Shown here piece by piece: positions 17,659-27,078 of a stretch of 34,480 nt of DNA (the first letter of the stretch is position 1; each line of letters starts with the position of its first letter). Position numbers and translations under genes: made by a program. Location: the sequence record SRR22947727_6145; one strand, 5' to 3'. A model generated the notes under the pieces. It was not told the DNA's origin. It was given only the letters and a program-made list of their open reading frames with translations, and searched no databases.

Positions 17659-19550
17659 AAGTCGAAATCGTCGGTTTTAGGTTTCGGTTTCGAACTGCCA
17701 CGAACTTCTGCTCGCGCTTTTGCCTTAGCCAGATTGGGCGGAACAGTGCCGAGGTGCTTCAAAATTTCGTGGGTTTCCGCCGCTTCCCGTTCGGACACAT
17801 TTCCGGTTCGCTGAGCTTCTTCAGCTCCGTAAAGTAGCCATTCGCAGCGTGACGCGAGGGCTTCTTTGGCCTTCAACGTCTCGGGTGGAATTCGGCTTTT
17901 ATCTTTGCCGGCCTGCTCACGCTCAAGTGCGACGAGAGTTTGCTTCACAGCGGTGTAGTATTCTGGCCGAGGTGAATTGGCGGATGGAATCGCCGCAGCG
18001 GCTTGAGTAAACGATTGCGGTTTTCCGTCGTCCGCGGCGTTTTTTCGCGCCGAACGTCTCCCGGCCCAGCGAACCAATCCAATTCCAAGCAACGTGAACA
18101 GCGTGATCGAAGGCACTGCTTGGGCGATCCAAAACATCGGTTGTGAAGTGGCTGCGACCGGCATTTTTCGCCACGTTGGAGGGAGCGTTTTAATCGTCAG
18201 GATATCGTTGAACTGTGCAGCTGGTTTTGCGGTGTCAGGCATGGAGGATGCTCCGTTTTGAGCTCCTGCGTTCGACATCATCGCTGCGGCCGGTTGGTTT
18301 GCCCTCGGATCGGGAGCGACCTGAATCGGAATCGGTTGGGTGGTTCGCGTGCTGTAGGTGGCCGTTGTCGGATCAAAAAAGGACAGTTCAAACGACGGGA
18401 TTTGTGTCATCTCTTTCTGCGGAATCACGATTTGGGAAAACGTCACTTTTCCGGGAGTCAGACCATCTGAATCCTCGGTTGGGTCGAGAATTTTCCGTGC
18501 TTCGTACGTCTTCCAGTCAGCCGGCCCAAGCGACAAAAATTTGGGAGCACCCATCGTTTCAAAATTTCCTGTTCCGGAAACCACGATCTCAAGCGGGATA
18601 GGATCGCCTACCGTGACTTGCTGGGTTGAAGCCATCGCCGTCACCGAAAAATTTCCCACCCCACCAGTAAACGACGCCGGTTTTCCCGGAGGAAGCGGCT
18701 TTACGTTCAATTCGAGCGAATTACTCGTCATCGACTGATTTCGCATCCGCGCGAGCAACATCCGCGGACCAAAGCTCGAACCGGTATCGACGATTCGCGC
18801 TGACATTTCTGCGGGGCCGATTTTGAACTTCCCCGATTTCAGAGCAAACATCGTTGCTGGAACAATCGCCGTATAAAATTGAAGTCCGTCAACTTCCCGC
18901 GCTCCAAATGTGAGTTTACTGGGACGGCGAACGACGATGGCATCATGCTCCAGACTCGCTTTGCCGATTTCCTGAATCTGGGCCTTCGAAAACGCGGTCA
19001 TCGTGAATGGGATCATCTGATTTTCGTAAATCTCTTTCACCTCGGTTTCCAAAACCGCAAAATAAGGCCGGGTCGAATCCATCGCAGATTTGGGTGTTTT
19101 GCGCTCAAAAACCGAAAGCGCGTGTTTTTCGGTTTTTGCCGGCAATCCATCGACTTCGATTTCGATTTCGGGAATGATGAAGTCGCCCGCCTTTTCGGCA
19201 ATCACCGTGAAAATGAAATCAAATCGAGTGGCGCCGTTGATATAACTTTGGTTTCTCGAAGTCTGCTGAATAATCAAACCTGGAACGCTGAGCGATTGGG
19301 GAACCGGTTTGGTTGGCACGCCATTGTTAATTGAAATCGTATATTGATTCAGCTCGCCGACCCCAAATTTAGCCCGATCGACGGAACTGGATACCGATGG
19401 GCCAGTTGCTTGAGCGATTGCAATCTCACTGGAAAAAAGCATCGCGAAAAACAAGACGGCGAGAAAAAACGATCCAACAGGGTTGGTTCGTCGATCATAC
19501 CCTATCCGATCGTGGAAAGGTGCTGGGTCGGAGTTTCTCAAAGCGATCAC
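17655..19550 (-). CDS. batD: BatD-family protein
   Basis: Repeated Ig-like BatD modules (AEKAGDFIIPEIEIEVDG; LELNVKPLP; FTGGVGNFSV; VTVGDPIPL; IPSFELSFFDP) and a C-terminal TM helix. The start is uncertain (GTG 19550). Confidence 0.82.
   Translation of the reverse strand: MIALRNSDPAPFHDRIGYDRRTNPVGSFFLAVLFFAMLFSSEIAIAQATGPSVSSSVDRAKFGVGELNQYTISINNGVPTKPVPQSLSVPGLIIQQTSRNQSYINGATRFDFIFTVIAEKAGDFIIPEIEIEVDGLPAKTEKHALSVFERKTPKSAMDSTRPYFAVLETEVKEIYENQMIPFTMTAFSKAQIQEIGKASLEHDAIVVRRPSKLTFGAREVDGLQFYTAIVPATMFALKSGKFKIGPAEMSARIVDTGSSFGPRMLLARMRNQSMTSNSLELNVKPLPPGKPASFTGGVGNFSVTAMASTQQVTVGDPIPLEIVVSGTGNFETMGAPKFLSLGPADWKTYEARKILDPTEDSDGLTPGKVTFSQIVIPQKEMTQIPSFELSFFDPTTATYSTRTTQPIPIQVAPDPRANQPAAAMMSNAGAQNGASSMPDTAKPAAQFNDILTIKTLPPTWRKMPVAATSQPMFWIAQAVPSITLFTLLGIGLVRWAGRRSARKNAADDGKPQSFTQAAAAIPSANSPRPEYYTAVKQTLVALEREQAGKDKSRIPPETLKAKEALASRCEWLLYGAEEAQRTGNVSEREAAETHEILKHLGTVPPNLAKAKARAEVRGSSKPKPKTDDFDF
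19469..19513. repeat. 45-bp element, copy 4 (head-to-head), within the 5' coding region of batD
   Basis: ACGATCCAACAGGGTTGGTTCGTCGATCATACCCTATCCGATCGT. Confidence 0.88.
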
Positions 19551-19634
19551 TTTTCTACGCCAAAGAGCGGCAAGGACAAACGGGTTTTTCTTAATTTTAT
19601 CGGAGAGCGAACGGAAAATCCGAAACGAAGCTGC

Positions 19635-21134
19635 TTAATCTTCCCATCCTTTCACTCGTTCGACCGCTTTTTTCCATTTTTTCAAATGCTCCGCAGCTTC
19701 GTCACGGGTCATTTTTGGTTCGAAATTTGCGTCTTCAATCCAACGCTCTGCGATCGCTTCGCGGCTTTCCCACAGTCCTACGGCGAGCCCGGCAAGATAG
19801 GCCGCACCGAGCGCGGTCGTTTCGGTGACTTCTGGGCGCACGACTTTCACTCCGAGTAAATCGGCCTGAAATTGCATCAAACACGCATTCATCGATGCGC
19901 CGCCATCCACCCGCAGTTCGGTCAACTCGATTCCTGAATCTGCTGTCATCGCGAGAAGCACCTCAGCGCTTTGAAAGGCGATGCCCTCCAATGCGGCACG
20001 GGCGAGGTGGCCTTTCGAAGCCCCTCGCGTCAGACCTAAAATACCACCGCGCGCGTACTGATCCCAATGCGGAGCTCCCAAACCGGCAAAGGCGGGAACA
20101 AAATAGACGCCGCCGTTGTCTTCCACTGAACTCGCCAGCGCTTCGATTTCAGAAGCATCTTTAATGATTCCCAGTTGATCGCGGAGCCATTGCACAACCG
20201 CACCTGCGATGAAAACGCTGCCTTCGAGCGCATATTCGGTCGTGTCGCCAATTTTCCAGGCAACGGTTGTCAGCAGATTGTTTTTCGAGCGCACGATTTC
20301 TTCGCCTGTATTCATCAACATGAAACAACCCGTGCCGTAGGTGTTTTTTGCCAATCCGGGAGCATGGCAAGCCTGACCAAAAAGCGCGGCATGCTGATCC
20401 CCGGCGATTCCTGCGATCGGGATGGGATGCCCAAAAATGGTCGATTCTACGTTTTCGTAGATTTCACTACTGCTGCGAATCTCTGGCAGAATCGCAGCAG
20501 GAATGTCGAAGAGCTTCAGCATTTCGGGATCCCAATCCAGCATCTCAATATTAAAAAGCAGCGTCCGGGAGGCATTGGTCACGTCGGTGATGTGAAGCCG
20601 GCCCGCCGTGAGATTCCACACCAGCCACGAATCGATCGTCCCAAAAGCCAGGTCGCCGGCCTCCGCCCGTTCCCGCGCCCCTTCAACATGATCGAGTAGC
20701 CAGCGGATTTTTGATCCGGAAAAATACGCATCGAGCACTAAGCCTGTCCGTTGTTGAATTTCGTCCGCATGTCCCGCCTCACGGAGTCCGGTGCAGTAAT
20801 CCGCCGTTCGTCGATCCTGCCAGACGATGGCGTTGTGAATGGGCTTTCCCGTTTGACGATCCCAAATTACGGTGGTTTCCCGCTGATTTGTGATCCCAAT
20901 CCCGGCAATATCGGAGGATGAAATACCCGCCTTTGAAATCGCATCGTGAGCGGTTTCCAGCTGAGCTTGCCAGATTTCCATTGCATCGTGCTCGACCCAG
21001 CCGGGTTTTGGAAAAATCTGCTCGAACTCCTGTTGAGACTTCGATTTGGCTTTTCCATCTTCGCCAAAAATAATCGCCCGCGAGCTAGTGGTTCCTTGAT
21101 CGAGCGCGAGGATGAATTTTGAGGAATCGGGCAT
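19635..21134 (-). CDS. glpK: Glycerol kinase
   Basis: [87 protein letters not shown]. Confidence 0.97.
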   Translation of the reverse strand: MPDSSKFILALDQGTTSSRAIIFGEDGKAKSKSQQEFEQIFPKPGWVEHDAMEIWQAQLETAHDAISKAGISSSDIAGIGITNQRETTVIWDRQTGKPIHNAIVWQDRRTADYCTGLREAGHADEIQQRTGLVLDAYFSGSKIRWLLDHVEGARERAEAGDLAFGTIDSWLVWNLTAGRLHITDVTNASRTLLFNIEMLDWDPEMLKLFDIPAAILPEIRSSSEIYENVESTIFGHPIPIAGIAGDQHAALFGQACHAPGLAKNTYGTGCFMLMNTGEEIVRSKNNLLTTVAWKIGDTTEYALEGSVFIAGAVVQWLRDQLGIIKDASEIEALASSVEDNGGVYFVPAFAGLGAPHWDQYARGGILGLTRGASKGHLARAALEGIAFQSAEVLLAMTADSGIELTELRVDGGASMNACLMQFQADLLGVKVVRPEVTETTALGAAYLAGLAVGLWESREAIAERWIEDANFEPKMTRDEAAEHLKKWKKAVERVKGWED

Positions 21135-21264
21135 GACTCATTATTCCTGAACGGAACGGGTTTTGCAAAAAATTACGACGGTAGAGCCGGAATTTCGCAT
21201 TTATTAACTTTTGCTGGCGTCTAATCTAAGAAATCACCACCTCACTTCGTTTTATTCCGACATC

Positions 21265-22136
21265 GTGAACTTTTCAAAATCCGCATCCTTTCTTTCGCTT
21301 GCCGCATGGTCTGTTTTTGCGTTCGGATCGATGTCGGTGGCTGCTCCTGCCTTGAAAAAAGCAAGCGTAGCCAGTATTAAGCCACAGGATCTCGTCGAAT
21401 ACGCGACGATGGAACCCAGAGTCCAAAAGCTCGTTCGTGAAGCGCTGGCATTGACCACAAAGGGGCTGGGTTATCGATACGGCTCGAATTCCCCGAAGAA
21501 TAAAGGAATGGATTGCTCTGGGACCGTCCAGCACACCTTGAATGCAGCAGGCCTCTCGCAAATCCTGCGATCGTCCTATACGCGATGTATCATTGGACCA
21601 AAGACGCAGGGACGTTGAACAAAGTTAGCGGCGTGCATTCTCACGATCACAGCGGTCTTTCAAAGTTGAAGCCGGGTGACTTGCTATTTTGGGAAGGAAC
21701 TTATGCGACGGCAGGTCGGGTGCCGCCGATTTCTCACGTGATGATTTATCTCAGAACGCTAAAAGAGGACGGTAAAAAAGTGATGTATGGCGCGAGCAGT
21801 GGTCGTCGTTATCGGGGAAAGAAAATTCACGGGGCCAGCGTGTTCGACTTCAGTTTGCCGAAGGTGGATTCGAAAGCGAAATTTGTCGGTTACAGTCCGA
21901 TTCCGGGATTCAAAAGTGTCAAACCTGCGCCGAAAAAGACCGTGGCTTTCAGAAAAAAGACGGAATCTGAGGTGACGAAACCAGTCGCGCCGAAAAAAAC
22001 CGCAACGGCCGTCGAAACTAAACCAGTGGCTGAAGAACAGACACCGCCACCCACAACTGTGCCAGTGGCTACTGCTCGGAAAACGGTTCTGCCAAAACTG
22101 TTTCCAAAACTTCGCGCAGCCCTGTCGAAGAAGTGA
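21265..22136 (+). pseudogene. Frameshifted NlpC/P60 cell-wall peptidase
   Basis: Frame A has a signal peptide, YRYGS and the catalytic GMDCSG. Frame B continues MYHWTK, LKPGDLLFW and SHVMIY. The break is at TATACGCGATG (about 21580-21587). Confidence 0.85.
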
Positions 22137-24558
22137 GGTCTTCAAATCGGAAGCCGGGTTCATTTTCGATTCCCCGATAAAGCGCTCGCAGACGAAGCGC
22201 GACATTCTGGGCAAGTTCATTACCACGGGTTTCGATAAGCAGCTCCCTCAATTCTACCGGCCCGCTGAACTCTCTGCCGCCATGAAGTTGGCCGGTGGCA
22301 TTGACTGGTTTTCCTGCTTCCAGTGTCCGCCAGCGACCGGTCGCATCGAAATTCTCCAGTCCAAACCCGATCGGATCGATCTTTTCATGACAGCGAGCGC
22401 ATTCGGTTTTGGTTGAATGCTCCGCGAGTTCTTCACGCAGCGTTTTTCCCCGCGCCTCGCCCGCGTCTCCCGGTAGCTCGCCGGCGTCAGGAAGGGGATC
22501 CCCCACTGGCAACCCTAGCAAATTTTCCCAGACCCATTTTCCACGCCGAACTGGGTTGGTTCGTGTCGGCGAGGACGTTGCCACCAACACGGCACCTTTT
22601 CCGAGAAGGCCAAATCGATTCGAGTTTTCCAGATCGGTTGATTCATAATAGGCCGCTAATTTCTCATCAGCGAACGACTCGTTGGCGGTTAATAAATCGG
22701 AAACCGGCCGGTTTTCGCGGACGAGTTTTGCGATGAAATTATGAACTTCAGCACGCATCGAATCAGCAATGTCGGGCGTGAAATCAGGCCAGAGATTTCG
22801 GTCAGGCGCAATTTCTTCGAGTTCGAGCCACTCATCTGAAAAGCGACGAAAAAACGCGTCCGAACGAGGATCCGTCAGCATCCGCGCGATTTGAGATTTC
22901 AGCACATCCGGAATTCTGAGATCTGCTTCAGCCAGTTCCAAATCAGATTTTGAGAGCCACAAAAAATACGAGAGGTCGGACGCCTCTTGCGAATTTTTCT
23001 GTTCATCTCCGCGAAATAGAAAATCGGATGACATCAGAATCGCGGCGAGCGCTAGCTTCACCGAACGCGCCCGGTCTTCCTCGCGCCGCTGCGCTTCGAG
23101 AACGACGCGGACATACGGTGCAAGCTCAGCTTCGGAAACGGGGTGCCTAAATGCCTGCTCGGCAAATTCACGAACCAGCGTGGTCGGATCAACTGGCTCC
23201 CGCATTCGCTGAATCAAATTCCAGTCCTGCGGCGCGATATTCGATTCGGGTAAAACCGGACCTGAAACGGCAAATTTTTCGACATAAAGTTTTCCCTGAT
23301 ACGCCATCCAATCCGTCCATTCAACGTGTGCAACCCGATCCAGAATTTCCTGATTTCTCTGTAGCCGATCCTGATTTTTTGCCAACCACGCCGCTGCTAA
23401 TTCCGTCTTTGAAAACTCCGATTCAAGAGCCAGTTTCGTTAAAATCCGATCCCAATCAGCCTCATGTTCGTGATAATATTTACGGCGCTGATCAATTTCC
23501 CGGGAATCACCATCGACTCCGAACGCGGTAAGGTATTCGATGCTTTCCTGCATCCCGAGCGCTTTTAAATTCAACGATTCACGCAATTTGCGGGCTGCTG
23601 GAGTTTCGTCCGGCGGGGCAGGGAAGTTGGCTGAATTTTTGCGAGACTGTTCATCAATTTTTCCAACAAAATCCGGTGGCAATGGAATATGGGGAACGAG
23701 GTTTTTGCTACCGATTTTTACCGAGTGAAACCCGCGCCGAACAAAAGTGGACACTGATTTTTTGATCGGATTTTTGATGTCGTTTTTTGCAAATTTGATT
23801 TCCGCGACGACTTCGCCTGAGACAAAAAACTGAGCAACACACGGCTGACCAATCGTAGCTGCATTGGCGGAAAATTCATAAAATCCATCGACCGGAAATT
23901 CGACCTCTACTTCCAGAAAATGAGTCGGTTGCACCACCATCATTCCATCGAGATGCGCCTTCACACCGGGAGCGCTCGTGGTCATTTTTTGAGCCGAAAA
24001 CGAGCTCGTTTTACGATTATCGAGGGCGATCGCAAACGCGCCATCGAGCGCCCGTTCAGCCGAAGCAAACAGCAATTCCATCTGCGACGGCGTGATCGCC
24101 AACGCGGCCCGGTCATTCGAAAAACCGCTCGTTCCCTGACCGTCGATTGGTAAATTTTCACCCGCCCGCAGATCCACGCCGAGAAGATCACGCAGCGTGT
24201 TGGCGTATTCTTCACGCGTTAGTCGTCGCACCCTTGGAGATTCCAGCTCAGGGAACTCGATTTGAGTAAAATCGTGACGAAGTTTGGTAAGCATCGCATC
24301 GCGTTCTGCTCGTGTCGGATATGGTGCTTTTGTCGGCATTTCCTCCGAATCAATTTGGTCAATCAGCGTGAGCCAATCATGCCGATTTGCTGCGGAAAAG
24401 TTGCGCAGGTCCGTTTCACCTTCGAGGTTTTGCGGATCATCACCGTGGCATTTGAGGCAGTAAAAAGACATGAAATCATCCGCGAAAACAGCTCTGTTGC
24501 CGCTTCCCCAAATCACCGCGCCGCAAAACACGTGAAAAATGATTTTCCCAAATCGCAT
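22069..24558 (-). CDS. Planctomycete cytochrome c protein with DUF1587/1592/1588/1595/1585-type domains
   Basis: Signal peptide, CLKCH...EMP, RRLTREEYANTLRDLLG, FAEQAFRHPV, LSYFLW, RTNPVRRGKWV, CARCH-EKIDPIGFGLENFDATGRWR. Confidence 0.88.
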   Translation of the reverse strand: MRFGKIIFHVFCGAVIWGSGNRAVFADDFMSFYCLKCHGDDPQNLEGETDLRNFSAANRHDWLTLIDQIDSEEMPTKAPYPTRAERDAMLTKLRHDFTQIEFPELESPRVRRLTREEYANTLRDLLGVDLRAGENLPIDGQGTSGFSNDRAALAITPSQMELLFASAERALDGAFAIALDNRKTSSFSAQKMTTSAPGVKAHLDGMMVVQPTHFLEVEVEFPVDGFYEFSANAATIGQPCVAQFFVSGEVVAEIKFAKNDIKNPIKKSVSTFVRRGFHSVKIGSKNLVPHIPLPPDFVGKIDEQSRKNSANFPAPPDETPAARKLRESLNLKALGMQESIEYLTAFGVDGDSREIDQRRKYYHEHEADWDRILTKLALESEFSKTELAAAWLAKNQDRLQRNQEILDRVAHVEWTDWMAYQGKLYVEKFAVSGPVLPESNIAPQDWNLIQRMREPVDPTTLVREFAEQAFRHPVSEAELAPYVRVVLEAQRREEDRARSVKLALAAILMSSDFLFRGDEQKNSQEASDLSYFLWLSKSDLELAEADLRIPDVLKSQIARMLTDPRSDAFFRRFSDEWLELEEIAPDRNLWPDFTPDIADSMRAEVHNFIAKLVRENRPVSDLLTANESFADEKLAAYYESTDLENSNRFGLLGKGAVLVATSSPTRTNPVRRGKWVWENLLGLPVGDPLPDAGELPGDAGEARGKTLREELAEHSTKTECARCHEKIDPIGFGLENFDATGRWRTLEAGKPVNATGQLHGGREFSGPVELRELLIETRGNELAQNVALRLRALYRGIENEPGFRFEDLTSSTGLREVLETVLAEPFSEQ

Positions 24559-24599
24559 CGATACTAAACTAGCACGAAACCAGAAGAAAATCGGCTCGC

Positions 24600-24644
24600 A
24601 CGATCCAATAGGGTTGCTTCATCGAACAGACCCTATTGGATCGT
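24600..24644. repeat. 45-bp element, copy 5 (head-to-head, most symmetric copy)
   Basis: Perfect 16-bp inverted repeat CACGATCCAATAGGGT (24599-24614) / ACCCTATTGGATCGTG (24630-24645). Confidence 0.92.
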
Positions 24645-24755
24645 GAAAAATCATTTCGGCTTTCAAGTATTGTCTTGAAACCATGCGGGGCTCTCACGGG
24701 AAAATCACATCTTCAGAAACGTCGTCCGAAAAACCCGCGAAGGCGTTTCCTGTGT

Positions 24756-25748
24756 ATGCCTGATTCATCATGGAAAAGTGCGTTTCTGGGATCTCTTGTC
24801 GCCGATGCTTTTGCGATGCCGGTTCACTGGTATTACGATCGAAATGCGTTGGTCCGAGACTATGGGGTGGTGCAGGAATTTGTAGCTCCGAAAAATCCCC
24901 ACGCTGATTCGATTCTGTGGCGTTCGGAATACACGCCGGTGAATGAAAAAGGCGATATTCTGCGCGAACAGGCGGCTTTCTGGGGACAGCGGGGGATTCA
25001 CTATCACCAGTTTCTCGAAGCGGGCGAAAACACCGTAAACTACCGACTCGCGGCTGAATTGGTGCGCTGGTCGGACGGGGGTGGCGGCTACGAGGCGGAT
25101 GCCTGGCTGGAACGTTACATCGAGTTAATGCTGACTCCAGGTTGGCATCGGGACACATATTTGGAGGAATATCACCGCGGTTTTTTCATGAAATATGCGT
25201 CGGGAAAGGCTCCCCGGAAATGCGCGATTCGTGATGAACACATCGGAGGCTTGGCTCAGGTCGCAGCCGTTTGTCTGGCGGCGGAAAAGCAGGATTTGGC
25301 GGCGCTTCGAGCGACGGTGAGAGAACATGTGGGGCTCACGCACGAACACAAAAACGTTCAACTAGCTGCGGACACTCTGGTTCGACTCTTGTGGAAAATC
25401 GGGGAGGACGTTCCGCTCCGAGATGCGATTCAAAGCGAGGCAGGTGATTGGTTTTCAGCGAAAAAAGCGGAACGCTGGATTGATTTGCCGGATTCTCAAA
25501 TCATCGGACAGAAATACAGTCCGGCGTGTTATATCGATCAATCCATGCCGGCATCGATTTATCTGGCATGGAAATATCACGATGATTTTTTCCGTGGGAT
25601 TCAGGCCAATGCGATGGTCGGTGGCGATAACTGTCACCGTGGAGCTGTCGTTGGAGCTCTCCTAGGAGCGGCGAACGGAGTGGATGACAAATGGGTTTCG
25701 GAGCTTCACGAACCAGCCCTATTGGATCGGGTTAGAGCGATTTCTTGA
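24756..25748 (+). CDS. ADP-ribosylglycohydrolase-family protein
   Basis: AFLGSLVADAFAMPVHWYY, HVGLTH, ANAMVGGDNCHRGAVVGALLGAANG. The likely start is ATG24756. Confidence 0.85.
   Translation: MPDSSWKSAFLGSLVADAFAMPVHWYYDRNALVRDYGVVQEFVAPKNPHADSILWRSEYTPVNEKGDILREQAAFWGQRGIHYHQFLEAGENTVNYRLAAELVRWSDGGGGYEADAWLERYIELMLTPGWHRDTYLEEYHRGFFMKYASGKAPRKCAIRDEHIGGLAQVAAVCLAAEKQDLAALRATVREHVGLTHEHKNVQLAADTLVRLLWKIGEDVPLRDAIQSEAGDWFSAKKAERWIDLPDSQIIGQKYSPACYIDQSMPASIYLAWKYHDDFFRGIQANAMVGGDNCHRGAVVGALLGAANGVDDKWVSELHEPALLDRVRAIS
25708..25729 (-). repeat. Solo unit of the palindromic repeat inside the 3' end of the ADP-ribosylglycohydrolase CDS
   Basis: ACGAACCAGCCCTATTGGATCG is the reverse complement of CGATCCAATAGGGCTGGTTCGT, one mismatch from consensus. 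Confidence 0.85.
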
Positions 25749-26106
25749 AAATCAAAGTCGCCCAACCGGTCATGAACAGTAGTCCACCGAGAGGGGTAAT
25801 GGGCCCGAGAAACTTGAGTGAGTTATCGACGGCCAATCCGTAAAGGCTTCCGGAAAAACAGAGGATTCCAGCGAGAAGAATGATCTTCACAAACCTCCCT
25901 ACTTTGGTTCCGCGAAGAGCAAGGATGAACAGGGCGAGTCCGTGGATTAGATGGTAGAAAACAGCGGTGTCCCATACGTCGGCATTGAAACTCGCGCCGA
26001 GTTTTTTCGGCAGCAAATGTGCGCCAAATGCACCGAGAGCGATGCCAATCAAAAGAAGGGCGGCCGCTAATTTTCGCCAAAGAACATTCTCACCAGTTTC
26101 CGTCAT
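25732..26106 (-). CDS. DUF423 (YgdD/TMEM256-family) membrane protein
   Basis: ALGAFGAH, TAVFYHLIHGLAL, GILCFSGSLY, LGPITPLGG...GW. Confidence 0.93.
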   Translation of the reverse strand: MTETGENVLWRKLAAALLLIGIALGAFGAHLLPKKLGASFNADVWDTAVFYHLIHGLALFILALRGTKVGRFVKIILLAGILCFSGSLYGLAVDNSLKFLGPITPLGGLLFMTGWATLIFKKSL

Positions 26107-26160
26107 ACTTTACGGAAAGGGGCCTTGGATCTCTTGTCCAATGACAAAACTGAAACGGTG

Positions 26161-27078
26161 CTATTTTCGCACGACCTGAAAGCCGTTGGGGCGAAGGATC
26201 AGTTTCTCGTTCTCGTTGTCAAAATGAAGCGTTTTAGAGCCGGCGGTTAGTTCCATTTTTGCACCGGTCAATTCGAGCGATTGATCATTCGGCTTGTAGA
26301 CGAGTTCATCGGCTTTGGCGGTTTCGACCTGTCCGTTTTCGAGGGTTCGTTCAATGATTGCGCCAAAGGCCTGAAAGGCTCCGGTTGATGCGTAGCTCGC
26401 GGTCGAACTTGAGCTTGCCTGAACCACGAGCCGTTCGGCTTGAATGTGAAATTCGGGGTGGTTGACCTCGACTTTCCCATCGTATTCGAGAGCTGAATCG
26501 GTGCGTTTGCTGTGATTTGCGGAGACCGCGAAGGACTCAACGCGGCCTGCAGTGGCGGCTTCAAATACATCAATCGAAGGAGTAAAAGTTCCGTTTAATT
26601 CAGCCGGAGAAGTGGTTTCGACCAAGGTGAACTCGGCAACCTGCATGATGGGAGCGATTGGTTTCAGATCAGTCGCAGCCACAACCCCAGTCACGTCACG
26701 AACGATTCCGATGCGATTTGATGGCGCTGGATTTTCTTCGGGCATCGTATCAGGTTCAGCCAGCTGGTTGTCGGCAGTCGCGTAGGTCACGGTGAGTTGA
26801 AATGTAGTTTCAGCCCGCTCCCCGCCTTTGATCTGATGAAGGACCAGTGCGGTCATTCCAAAAAATAAGGTGACGGCTGCCGCCATTTTTGCCCAGTCCT
26901 GCCAGCCGAAACTCGCTTTGGCGATCGGTTGGGGAAGCTCGAGTGGTTGGTTTACCGTGCGAAGCAAAATCGCTTCGACGAGAGCCGTGTCTTCGCCGGA
27001 GCCGAGTCGTGCGTGTTCGCTGAGGAGGGCGTCCATCACGTCTGGCTTCTTGGTGGGAATATTGGATTCCTGATTCAT
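26161..27078 (-). CDS. Putative anti-sigma factor: single TM helix and C-terminal LptA/OstA-like domain
   Basis: ATGA overlap with the ECF sigma gene; short cytoplasmic N-terminus, WAKMAAAVTLFFGMTALVL TM helix, Pro/Thr-rich linker, beta-rich C-terminus. Confidence 0.7.
   Translation of the reverse strand: MNQESNIPTKKPDVMDALLSEHARLGSGEDTALVEAILLRTVNQPLELPQPIAKASFGWQDWAKMAAAVTLFFGMTALVLHQIKGGERAETTFQLTVTYATADNQLAEPDTMPEENPAPSNRIGIVRDVTGVVAATDLKPIAPIMQVAEFTLVETTSPAELNGTFTPSIDVFEAATAGRVESFAVSANHSKRTDSALEYDGKVEVNHPEFHIQAERLVVQASSSSTASYASTGAFQAFGAIIERTLENGQVETAKADELVYKPNDQSLELTGAKMELTAGSKTLHFDNENEKLILRPNGFQVVRK

Noticed and set aside
21575-21590. Programmed frameshift or phase variation in NlpC/P60
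   Set aside because: There is no slippery heptamer or long simple-sequence tract (only CGCG), and other substitutions point to decay or error.
24600-24644. The 45-bp elements as integron attC sites
   Set aside because: They lack RYYYAAC/GTTRRRY ends, are shorter than typical attC sites, do not delimit co-oriented cassettes, and no integrase is present.
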